From the NCBI RefSeq assembly GCF_009914755.1, contig NC_060933.1: a stretch of DNA of 64,000 bases; one strand, given 5' to 3'. The notes beneath the pieces were generated by a model. The model did no database searches and was not told where the DNA came from. It was given only the letters and a program-made list of their open reading frames with translations. A program made the position numbers and the translations under genes. Of this stretch, positions 27,679 through 42,300 are shown in pieces (the stretch's first letter is position 1; the number at the start of each line of letters is the position of its first letter). Source of the stretch: the human T2T-CHM13v2.0 reference genome, Homo sapiens.

Positions 27679-28151
27679 TGAAGTAGGAGGTGGAACTTGG
27701 CTCCAGAGGTAAGGATTCGAACTTCAGGTGAGATTGAGTACTAGCTGAAATAGGGAAGAGGCCAAAGAGCCTCTCCATAAGACACACCCACCAATGCCAT
27801 GTCAGTTTATCATTGTCATGGCAACACTCAGATGTTAACACTCATTTCCATAGCAACGACCTGCCGACCCAGAAGTTACCACTCTTTGTTAGAAATGTCT
27901 GCATAATCTGCCCCTTAATTTGCATGTAATTACAGTGAGTATATATATTATTGTAGACCCGCCCCTGAGCTGTTACTCTCTAACAGGCTGCCTTTGGGGT
28001 AACCCTGCTCTGCAGGAGCAGTCATGGAGCTGTAACATTGCCACCTCAATAAAGCTGTTTTCTTCTACCACCAACTCGTTCTTGAATTCTTTCATGAGTG
28101 AAACCCAGAACTTTTCTGGGCTAATTCCCAATTTGGGGCTTGACTGCAACA
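27679..28151 (+). mobile_element. ERV1-class solo LTR (MER41/LTR19-related; exact family uncertain)
   Basis: TG...CA termini, 4-bp TSD attt, internal AATAAA, and the gccatgtcagttt...catggcaac motif shared with the MER41 group. Confidence 0.8.
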
Positions 28152-29744
28152 ATTTGGTTAATCACCTGCAGAGGTCTGATATAATATAGTGCTTGTGGGT
28201 CTTTAAGTACATGGCACCATGTAGTTAAAAAGTGCATGGCCATAAAACTGTTCTTTGCATGAACTGTGATTGTCAATTGCGTTGAACTGGGAACACTTGA
28301 CTGTCACAATAAATATGGGCAGAGTAGCACTGAAACATCATACTATACTTGTTCATTGAAGCATAAGTAAACTTCTTTGTAACAACTGAAGTTCTTTTGT
28401 GATGTGGTACTGTAATAGACTTCCCAGTCTGCAGAAAGGAAAGACAAGAAGAAATGGAAAGAAATAACTTTCTTCTAAAGAAATAATATTGAAATTGTAC
28501 ACATCACCTCCACTTAAATTCTCTGGTAAAAACTTAGTCAAATGGCCACACCTTTACTTCAAAAGAAGTTGGGAAATATAGTTGTTGACTGGGTGCGATC
28601 AAGTGTTCTATTACTCAAGAGAAGAATGGGAGAATGGACACTGGGGTTGTGGGACAATTAACAGGATTAAGTAATTGATTAAGCCATAATAGTTAAACCT
28701 TGACAAAACAGGACAACACGGGAGCAGGTATGGGTATTGACCTAGACTACCAACATGAACTAAGAAAATAATCCGGAGCTGACCACGAAACCTCGTCAGA
28801 TGGATGTCCTGCAACTTAGATTTAAGGATCACCCACATGCCCGTGACTCCAGTTTTCTGAGGCTCTGTTGAATTTTCTCCATATGCTCTTCCTTTTAGGT
28901 GTTCATAAAAACTTTATAAGTCTGTGTTGACTTAGTATGTGCTGTGTATGACTAAAAGTACAAAAGTGGAAGATTTGGACACAGAGAAGAAAGGAAGTGG
29001 GATGAAACCTTGGGTTTGGCTGTGGTTCAGAGTGACCAGGTAGCATACAGTTCACAGACCATCTTAGGCAGAGGTGGGGAAAAGTGAGACCTTTACTCAG
29101 AGTTGGAGGATGTTAGGTAGAAAACAGTAGGAAACTGTATAAACTTCAAAAGAGGATGTTGGGGTGACAGGGAGCAAGTGTGGTGCTAATCATGAATATC
29201 AGCCTTTGGTTCCATGTGACCTGTGTTGAGTCCTCCATGCTCAAATACTCCCTCTTTTATGGTTGCCATGGTACCTGAAATTCCTTTGGATTACATCTTT
29301 TTCCCAGTGTCCTCCACTAAAATACAGACATTCTTGGGAAAATGAAGTGTCTGGTGATGAACATTATTTGGATTGTGAACATGCTTGTAGATTCTGTTCC
29401 TTCCACTGACGGGAAGGACTCTAGAAATAGGATAACACCGGATCTAAAGGGGAAGAGGCAACGCAAAGAGGAAAATTAGGCATGGTATGGGTAAGGAGGC
29501 TGTAAGTTCCAAATAAGTATTCACAGGTTTCCTGGTCTTTTCTCCTCTTACCTCAAACTACCTCTCTATTTCCTCTAAGTTACTAATGTCGTGATTTGGT
29601 GTAAATACTTCTCTGTTTTTCTCCATAGTCAAACAAAACATATTCACAAATACTGGCTTTCTTTGTAGGCTCAGACTACATATTGTCATGTGAGATGCAT
29701 TATTATATTGTGGATATGCCTCCAAGTCAATCTATATGAAACTG

Positions 29745-30047
29745 TTTTTTTCTTTTTTTTTTTTTTTGAGACTGAGTTTTGCTCTTGTTGCCCAGGCTGG
29801 AGTACAGTGGTGCGATCTCGGCTCACTGCAACCTCTGCCTTCTGGTTTCAAGCGATTCTCCTGCCTCAGCTTCCTGAGCAGCTGGGATTACAGGTGCCTG
29901 CCACCATCCCCAGCTAATTATATATTTTTAGTAGAGACGGGGTTTCTCCATGCTGGCCAGACTGGTCTCAAACTCCTGACCTCGTGATCTGCCTGCCTCA
30001 GCCTCCCAAGGTGCTGGGACTACAGGCATGAGCCACCACACCCGGCC
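29745..30047 (-). mobile_element. AluS
   Basis: Antisense dimer with poly(T). Confidence 0.93.
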
Positions 30048-30098
30048 CTATAAAACTCATCTTTAATTAGGCATGTACTGATGTAAAGAATAGAAGTA

Positions 30099-31613
30099 CA
30101 GATCTGTATTCACTTAATGATGGAGACACATTCTGAGAAAGATGTCAGGTGATTTTGTCGTTGTGTGAACATCACAGAGTACACTTACACAAACTTAGGT
30201 GGTAGAGTCTACTATACACCTCAAGTATACATTATGGCCTATTGTTTCCAGGATACAAACCTGTACACTACGTTGCTGTACTGAATATAATAAGTAATTA
30301 TGGCACAATTGTGCGTATCTAAGCACAGAAAAGGTGCGGTAAAAAGAGAGTATAAAAATAAAAAATGGTACTCCTGTAAAGGGCATTTACCATGAATGGA
30401 GCTTGCAGGACTGGAAGTTGTTCTGGGTGAGTCAGTGAGTGAGTGGTGAATGGATATGAGGGCCTAAGACATTACTGTGCACCACTATAGACCCTATAAA
30501 CACTGTACACTTAGGCTACATTACATTTACAAAACATTTTCCTACAATAATATATTAACCTTAGCTTCCTCTGTTTTACTTTATACATTTTCTAATTTTT
30601 TAACTTTTTGACTCTTTTGTAATAACACTTAGATTAAAACACAAATACATTTTTGTACAGCTATACAAAAATATTTGCTTTCTTTATATTCTTATTCTGT
30701 AAGCTTTTTTCTATTTTTAAAATGTATCATTTTTTAAACCTTTTTTGTTAAAAACGAACACACAAACATCTACATTAGCCTCAGCCTAGAGAGGGTCAGG
30801 ATCATCAATATCACTGTCTTCCACTCCACATCTTGTCCCACTGGAAGATCTTCAGGGGCAATAACATTCATGTCATCTCTGATGATGATAATGCTTTCTG
30901 CCGGAATACTTCCTGAAGGATCTGCCTGAGGCGGTTTTACAGTTGACTTCTTTTTTTAGTAAGTAGAAGGCACTAAACATGGTGGCTCACACCTATAATC
31001 CCAGCACTTTGGGAGGCCGAGGCAGGCAGATCATGAGATCAGGAGATCAAGACCATCCTGGCTAACACGGTGAAACCCCATCTCTACTAAAATGCAAAAA
31101 ATTAGCCAGGTGTGGTAGCACGCACCTGTAATCCCAGCTATTCGGGAGGCTGAGGCAGAGGAATCGCTTGAACCCGGGAGGCGGAGGTTGCAGTGAGCTG
31201 AGATGGGCCACTGCACTCCAGCCTGGGCAACAGAGTGAGACTCGGTCTCAAAAAACAAACAAATAAACAAACAACAAAAAAAATTAGAAGGAGTACACTA
31301 TAAAGTAACAACAAAAGCTAAAGTATAGTAAATACATAAACCAGTAACATAGTCATTTATTATCATTATCAACAATTATAGATGTACTATACATAATTTT
31401 ACACACTATACTTTTATACAAATGACAGTGTAGTAAGTTTGTTTACTCCAATGTTAACCACAAACAGGTGAGTAATCCCTTGCACTACAATATTAAAATG
31501 GCTACAATGTCACTAGAAGATAGAAAATTTTCAGCTCCATTATAATCTTATGGGCCCACCATGGTATATGTAGTCTATTGTCGATGGAAGCATCATAATG
31601 GGACACATGACTG
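30099..31613 (+). mobile_element. Tigger3/GOLEM (Tigger3b-sized) DNA transposon with an Alu inserted
   Basis: TA|cag...cacatgactg|TA ends; ttctgagaaa...gtgaacatcacagagtacacttacacaaac; ~1.2 kb after removing the Alu. Confidence 0.85.
30969..31283 (+). mobile_element. Alu (Sc/Y-like) nested in Tigger3
   Basis: Dimer with TSD-like aa.tagaagg. Confidence 0.9.
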
Positions 31614-31899
31614 TATTATAATTTATTGACTTGTTCCACTATTAATGGACATTCAGGTCCTATTTTTAGGTATGGGCCACTGTGTCTTCTATTTATTAAA
31701 TTATGGTTTCCCCAGACTTTTTCAAAGTGTAAAAGAAATTACAGAGTAGGTACTTCTAAAACTAGAACATTACAGAATCTGAGTTTATTTAAAAATCTCC
31801 AAACTTTATAATAGCATTCTAAAATTGGAGGTTCTAAAGGAACTCCAGCAGAACAAGAAGTTGATGATTGGAGGATCTAGGTCAGCATTTCTCTTTTGT

Positions 31900-34900
<3,001 letters not shown>

Positions 34901-36916
34901 TGGCAGTATTCTTGCTTATTTTTTTACAACTCAGTATTGGATGTTAAAATCAATGTATTGAGTTATTACATGCATTCAGAAATGAAATGGTGTAGAAGAG
35001 AAAAGGATATATTAGTTTATGTACTAAGGGTAAGTAAGTTTTGTATTATGACACTTCTTTTTTAGTTAGTATATGCCTTTATGTATGTGTTCATTGGGTT
35101 GTGATATAAAAGGCATTTCTTATTGTGGATCATGGTCAAAAGAGTTTGAGAAACATTGCTCTAGGTACATCATGGTTCAGTGCAGGTAGGAACCTGCAGC
35201 ACTTAATTTCTATGCCTGCATTCAAGGGATCTAGAAAAAAGTCATCTCTATATTGTTCATCTGAAAAATGTTCATCATCTCTTACAAAGGTGTGATCTGA
35301 GAATCCTTGAAGTGATCTCTGGGACATATCTTATAGGTCTTAAAATCGAGGTAGATCCACAATTCTATCAGTTAAGAAATAGCTACTGATCACCAGTGTG
35401 TTCTAGACACTGTCCATGGAGGTGTTCAGTTACTAGCATGAATAAGTGGGAGGCCCTCTCTGGCCCAGTACTGAAGCCTATCTGGCTACTAAATGAGACA
35501 GAAAGTAAGGCAAGGTTTTAAGCAGTGCTAGGAGCACTCAGAACGCAAGGAAGATTTGAAATTGTGAAGGTGAGAAGGAGCGTGTCTGGGGGAATTATCC
35601 AGGTTCTTGCAGACTTAGAGGTTAAGAAAGTGAGATCTCCTTTATTTTATTTTATTTATTCATTAAAAATACACATATATTTTAACACCTACTATGTCCT
35701 TGAGAGATATCAATGAATAAAATAGATAAAAATCCCTGCCTTCATGGAGTGTACATTCTTCTGGGAGAAATTTTAAAAATATATATAATAAGTAAATTAT
35801 CTGTCCAAAGGACAAACTGCTATGGTTGAAATAGTAGAGCAGAAGTAGGGTGATTAGAAGTAGGACCGCAAATCCTAATTTTAAGTGGGAGATAGTGGAA
35901 TATATTTAGAATCCAACTATAATAGTAGCATATATTTACTCTAATAGAAACTCTACAAATATTCCAACATAATTAGATTCTTCTGGTGTACAAACCACCG
36001 TAAGACTGCCTATTCTCCATACCGCATTGACATGCTGCAGCCACTAGGGCGAAAATGGGCCGTTTCTTAGAAAAATGGGCTCAGAGTATGGGAGTGTGAG
36101 AGAAATGTGGGTGATTACGCACACACTCCTTCCTTCCCCAAGTGTTCCTCAGGGGCTTCTCCGCTTAAGGTTCACTGACAAGACAGGCGGAGTTTTACGT
36201 GCGTCTGAGACCAGGTCATTTTTGCCCTTGGCGTCTCTTCCTTGGCGCGTCCTCACCTAGTAGAGAATAGAGGCGCAGCTCAGGAGTAAACTTCAGCCTG
36301 GCCGTTCACCACTCGATGTGTGTTACAGCCGAGTGACAGTGGTGAGATAGACCTGCTGGCCTTGCTTTCGGGACCTGCAGCAAGATTTTTGGGTGCTGTC
36401 CAAGAATTCCCGCGGTTACACTCAGCGCCCAGGATCTGTACAAAAAAGCCCCAATAGATGTTTTACGTTCCCTTCGTAATAATTAACGCTTGGCCTAGAT
36501 CCGAGCATTCACTCTAACGTTCGGTTTCTTGATCCTTCCCATCCCCAAACTCTGCGGGTAGATCAGTGACTATTACTATATTTTGAACGAGACTCCAACC
36601 CATTGCTCTCTCTCGAGAGAAGGATTGCCCGCCTTTTTCCCCCGGGCAGGAGCTCGGCGAGGCCAGGAGAGCCGCGCACCGGCCGGGCAGGGACGCGCAG
36701 GCGTCGGGCGCCGCTGGTTGCGCATCTGGCGCCAGAGCGCGCCCCCAGCGCTGTGCCCGCCGCGACCGGGGCCATGGGCTGGTGCTCCGGAGCGTGCCGG
36801 GCGCTCTCTCCCCGCGCGGGGGCACCAGAGCCCTCGGAAGTGTCAGGCACTGCGGTGTATTTTCCCAGTTCTCTTTTAAATGACTGCGGAAAAACAGATT
36901 CCGAGCCGCAAAAGGG

Positions 36917-37151
36917 AAGACGGATTCTCAGACAAGGCTTGCAAATGCCCCGCAGCCATCATTTAACTGCACCCGCAGAATAGTTACGGTTTGTCACCCG
37001 ACCCTCCCGGATCGCCTAATTTGTCCCTAGTGAGACCCCGAGGCTCTGCCCGCGCCTGGCTTCTTCGTAGCTGGATGCATATCGTGCTCCGGGCAGCGCG
37101 GGCGCAGGGCACGCGTTCGCGCACACCCTAGCACACATGAACACGCGCAAG
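36917..37151 (+). other. NTRK2: NTRK2 non-coding leader exon 1 (distal promoter; 5' end approximate)
   Basis: Lies in the CpG island and ends at donor GCAAG|gtacgg. Matches the recalled start of the long NTRK2 mRNA leader. The TSS cannot be fixed from sequence alone. Confidence 0.75.
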
Positions 37152-37667
37152 GTACGGCAGGGGAGCAAGGGCTTGGGATGCCCTACGTGGGGGTGGGCAT
37201 CGCGGGGAGTGAATCCACGATCTGGGAATGGCTACATCCCGTCAGGTTAAAGGATGAGAGAAAATGACGCGGCGCCACACATCGGACAGGCCAGGGTGGC
37301 CACCGAGCATTTAGAATACGCATCAGGCGCGCTCCCTTCCCCTCACATGTCTCTATTTCCCGGGCGTGTGATGGCAGAAAACGGCAGGAAAAAGACCCAC
37401 TTAGAGAGCTAGAATTGTGTTTGGAGACTCCCTTCCCTCTGCAAAAGCACCAACAGGAAGCCCCTCCAAAACCACCGATCCCCAAATAGGTGGCCCGGAA
37501 TGGGGGCGGTGATCCTTGGTTACCAATGCAGAACACGTTTTGGTGTTTACAACATTTATTTATTTTTAGGATAGCTTGCCCTCCCTTTTAGGCAGGGTGG
37601 GAAAGGAGAACGCGGGGAGGGAGAAGGGAGGGAGGATTCCTATAATAAGAATCAGCGCATTTTTCAG

Positions 37668-37789
37668 AGCTGAACCAAGCACGGTTTCCATTTCAAAAAG
37701 GGAGACAGCCTCTACCGCGATTGTAGAAGAGACTGTGGTGTGAATTAGGGACCGGGAGGCGTCGAACGGAGGAACGGTTCATCTTAGAG
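37668..37789 (+). other. NTRK2: NTRK2 non-coding leader exon 2
   Basis: Acceptor catttttcag|AGCTGAACC and donor TTAGAG|gtacct. Matches the recalled mRNA leader. Confidence 0.75.
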
Positions 37790-37804
37790 GTACCTGGATG
37801 TAAA

Positions 37805-37887
37805 TGCACACACACACACAGACACACACACGCACGCGCGTGCATGTCTACACGGCCAGGATGTGTGCGTGTGTGCGCGCGTGTGTG
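37805..37887. repeat. Alternating purine-pyrimidine tract (CA)n-(CG)n-(TG)n
   Basis: gcacacacacacacagacacacacacgcacgcgcgtgcatg...tgtgtgcgtgtgtgcgcgcgtgtgtg. Confidence 0.9.
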
Positions 37888-38045
37888 AACTCCCACATGC
37901 TGCTGCTGTCTGCTTCTGGCCAGTGGCACCGATGCCTCCCTCCTCCCTGCTCGCCCCCAGATTCCCCTCCCCTCCCTGGTGCTTTTGTCTGGAGGGTGTT
38001 ATGGGTTTGTGTGTGTATGAGCGTGTGTGTGTTTTTGGATTTCAG

Positions 38046-38254
38046 ACTAATTTTCTGGAGTTTCTGCCCCTGCTCTGCGTCAGCCCTCACGTCACTTCGC
38101 CAGCAGTAGCAGAGGCGGCGGCGGCGGCTCCCGGAATTGGGTTGGAGCAGGAGCCTCGCTGGCTGCTTCGCTCGCGCTCTACGCGCTCAGTCCCCGGCGG
38201 TAGCAGGAGCCTGGACCCAGGCGCCGCCGGCGGGCGTGAGGCGCCGGAGCCCGG
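38046..38254 (+). other. NTRK2: NTRK2 non-coding leader exon 3 (also carries the proximal promoter and start region)
   Basis: Acceptor ggatttcag|ACTAATTT and donor CCCGG|gtgagc. Contains the CRE pair and (GGC)5. Confidence 0.78.
38076..38094 (+). promoter_or_regulatory. Tandem CRE-like elements (TGCGTCA and TCACGTCA)
   Basis: Two CGTCA-core motifs separated by 4 nt. cAMP/Ca2+-CREB control of the proximal TrkB promoter through paired CREs is established. Confidence 0.8.
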
Positions 38255-38742
38255 GTGAGCAGCGCAGATAGTGCCCTCGGTCGCCTCGGCCCTCACTGTC
38301 TCCCCCTGGGGCGGCCTCGGCTACTCCCCAGGTGGGACGTGCCGCGCCACCTGCCCGCGCCACCGGCACCCAGCGGCCGTGGCGGATTCTGCAGCATCAT
38401 TCGGGGGCCCCGTCGCGGAGCCAAAGCCGCCGGCAGTCTCCGCATTCCCCTTTAAAGGGTCCTTCGCCCGGCCTGTACCATGGAATCCTGTCTTGGGGAC
38501 CCTTTCCCTACCTCCCCTCCCTTGGCCTCAGGCTCGAAGAGAGAGTGGGCACACTGGTGGCTCCAGCGGCGTCAGTGCCATCGCGGGGCAAGTTGATTCC
38601 TGGGCCGGAGCTGGGCACTCATCCATCCACAGTCTCCGGGCTGGGGTCGGGGTGGGGATGACGCGAGCAGAGAGGGAGAGTGCCCCAATTAGTGGTGTTG
38701 GGGGTCCTACGCTCAGTCTTACGCGTGTCTGTTTGTCCTCAG

Positions 38743-39327
<585 letters not shown>

Positions 39328-42300
39328 TGAGTTCCTGGAGCTTTTCCTCCTTTTTCTCCTTGCCCTTAGGGCCCGAGCTGGCCAGGTGGGTAGGTCCTGG
39401 AAGTGAATGCTGTCCCAAGAGTGGGGAGAAGTCAAAGACAAGAGATGCAGGACAGGGTCATCTGTCAGTTACCTGCTGTTTCACTGGCTTGGGACTGCTA
39501 GTGCAGGGAGAAGTGTGACACTTTAGAATAAGTTTCAAATATAGATATACATATGCCGATTATATATTTATTCCTCGTGGGAAGGAACTCACTATGCTTT
39601 TTATATTTCAAAGCTCTGCTGGGTGTGCTTTAGGCTTTCAGTATGCACTAACTTAGTTTTGGGCATTTTTGTTTCATAAAGTGCTGTGTGTATGTTGTGT
39701 TAGAAGTTCCATTAATATTCACTAGAAAAGAGGTTAAAATAATTAACTTTCCCAAATCTGTTGAGGGAAGTGACAGTCTCTCCCTTAACATCTTTTTTGA
39801 GATTTAAGTTAACCAATTTCCCTTTTCATTTTATATATCGGATTTTGCTTAGGAGATGGCATCCAGAGATGGCCTTGAAAATGATCTGTAAGAGGAGAAG
39901 TTCTGAGTGTTGAAATGCACTCGCTCAAAAGAAAAAAATATGATAGTTGGAAGCCTAAAAGCCTGGTCTAATTTAATTTGGACTTGACTTCCCAGAGATA
40001 TGATTTTGAGACCACTTGGATTATAACTCTTAATTGCCCATTGAATAATTTCCCAGGACTAGGTTGGATGATAAAGCACTGGGTAGAACTCTGATGAAGG
40101 CTGGCTTTAGCATTGGACCTCTGTGTCCCTGGAAATGTTTGAGCTTGTTGTGGCTTGAAGAAACAGAACTGTGTATTTCTATTCTCCTTTTCTGATGCTT
40201 TGTGACAAATGCATCACCAAGCAAGAACTTGCCAGTCCTTTCTCTAGCATTCCTGTGTCACCTCTACTGGACTGTTATTGTTATCATTTTTTTCCTGAAG
40301 GATGCTGTCATTCCATACATCTCATTAACATGAGATTTTATTCGTATACGTGGAAGATTGTAAGGCAAAGTTTCTCCCAGTTTTCCTTATTGTGTTTGAT
40401 ACTGAGATAGGCAGCCCTAAAGTGGGGCTTGGGCTGTGGCCTTCCGGTTGTCGAGTGCGCATGCATTTTTCCTTCCACAGAAAACATACAACCATGTTTC
40501 TGCCAACGTAGTTGACCAAGATAACCTGTTTTTTAATGTAAGTAAGAGACCTTCCTAGTCTCTGTTGCCTGTTCTGCTGCTGATGCTTATGGTGTAAGCC
40601 TCAGGCAAAAGGAAATGACAGCAGAGCAGAGGGGAATGTTCAGGCCTAGCATAGCTGAGATGTGTCGGGAGCAGCCAACTGTCGGGCTGAGTCCAGGGTG
40701 CTAGGATCTCTATCTTTTTGGCAAGGAGAGCAGGAGCCAAGAGCGGAGAGCAAGGGTGGATAGGGCCCCAACTGTGGTGGTCTTGGACTGGGCTGGTTGA
40801 GGCTTACCAGGCTGGTCCAAAGTCTGTGGCCTTTTGTCAGAATCTTTTTCATGAGATGGGGTGTCAGTAGTTAGATGGAGAAGGCCATATGGAATTCAGA
40901 GTGCTTCTGACTGTTTTGAGATTATGGGGAGTGCCTTCCACAGTCAGATATTGTTGTGTGTGTGTGGTGGTGCTTTTAAAATTCTGTTTTAGGTGATAGA
41001 TGCATATAATGAAGAAAGAAAGAAGATAGGGCTGATCATTTTCACTTTGTTTTTCTGTTTGATAATTTTAAGGCCATGATCTGAGAAAAAGGAAATAAAA
41101 CTATCTTTAAATCTAAAAAATTATTATTTCAGACCTTCCTGATCTTAGCTGCCTGATGTATATGAAATCAACTGATTTCAGCAGAGCTTTCTTATATCTG
41201 TCCTCACAATTGTTGTTGCTTCTTTTATATCTGATGGCAGGTTCCTATTTTCAGCTTTTTTAAAGTAGATTTTAAAAATATTTACAAAAGCATGTGTCAT
41301 AGTTATTCATTCAATCGTGGCACTTCTAATTTCTACTCTAACTTTTTTCCCTTTTGATTTGAAAACCTCTTGGGGTTGTGGGATTGGAGAGGTATATAGG
41401 GCTAAGTGTTGAGAACAGGGAATTAGGTTAGTAATATTAGTCTGGCTGGGTAGATGTGAGTCCTGAGACAAAGTATGTTTCTCTGCTCTATCTCAGCTTT
41501 GTGTGAGCCCAGCCAGTTTGTGCCCCAGTGCCTTTGTCTGTAACTCGTATGACAATACTTCTTTGGAAAGTACTCCATATAATTATTTTGAATTCTGCTT
41601 TTTTGACCTAAAAATGACATCAGTGGATGCGCTTGTTTCACTCGCATCCTTATATGACACCATCTATGTTCTTTTTCTTACATATTAATATTTGCTTGCA
41701 CAGCTTTTAAATTCTTGTCCAGTGGATACCAGCTACAGTTGGAACCAAATTATACATATTTTAAAACTTTGTTGTTAGGCCCAGTGGTATTCCTAAAATA
41801 ACCTGTTGTAAAGTTCTGGTTTAGTGGTATGTAGCTGAAGTTACGTGCGTCTATTTTTTAAAAATAGAAATAATGTGGTGAATAAACTGTGATTAGCAAC
41901 ACACAACTTGCTGAAACAACGGTTTACCATATCATTCAAAAATGGTGTATCTTTTAGCATCTATATATTAAACCATCATGCCCTTAGGGTCCTAAGAACA
42001 CAAATAGTGGGACATTAAAAAAAATGTGTAGATTAACCAAGAGGTAGGATCTTTTTGTTTTGTTTTGTTTTTACATGCATGCTTTCAGCTAAGCTGACAT
42101 TTTGTCTTCAGAGTCATTGAACCTATTTTATTAAAAATCTTCCCATCACAGTACCTGTTTTATATTTTTTGCCCACTAATGTGACATAACTAGATCAATA
42201 TCTATCTATAGGTATGTATCACGCCTGCTCAACATCACACTGCTAAGTGGCAGCTCCTGTTATTTGGAAATGGTTATACCACAGCAGTGTTAAAATGAAT

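Noticed and set aside
36038-36052. CTCF-like ccactagggcg upstream of the CpG island
   Set aside because: Only a partial match to the core motif
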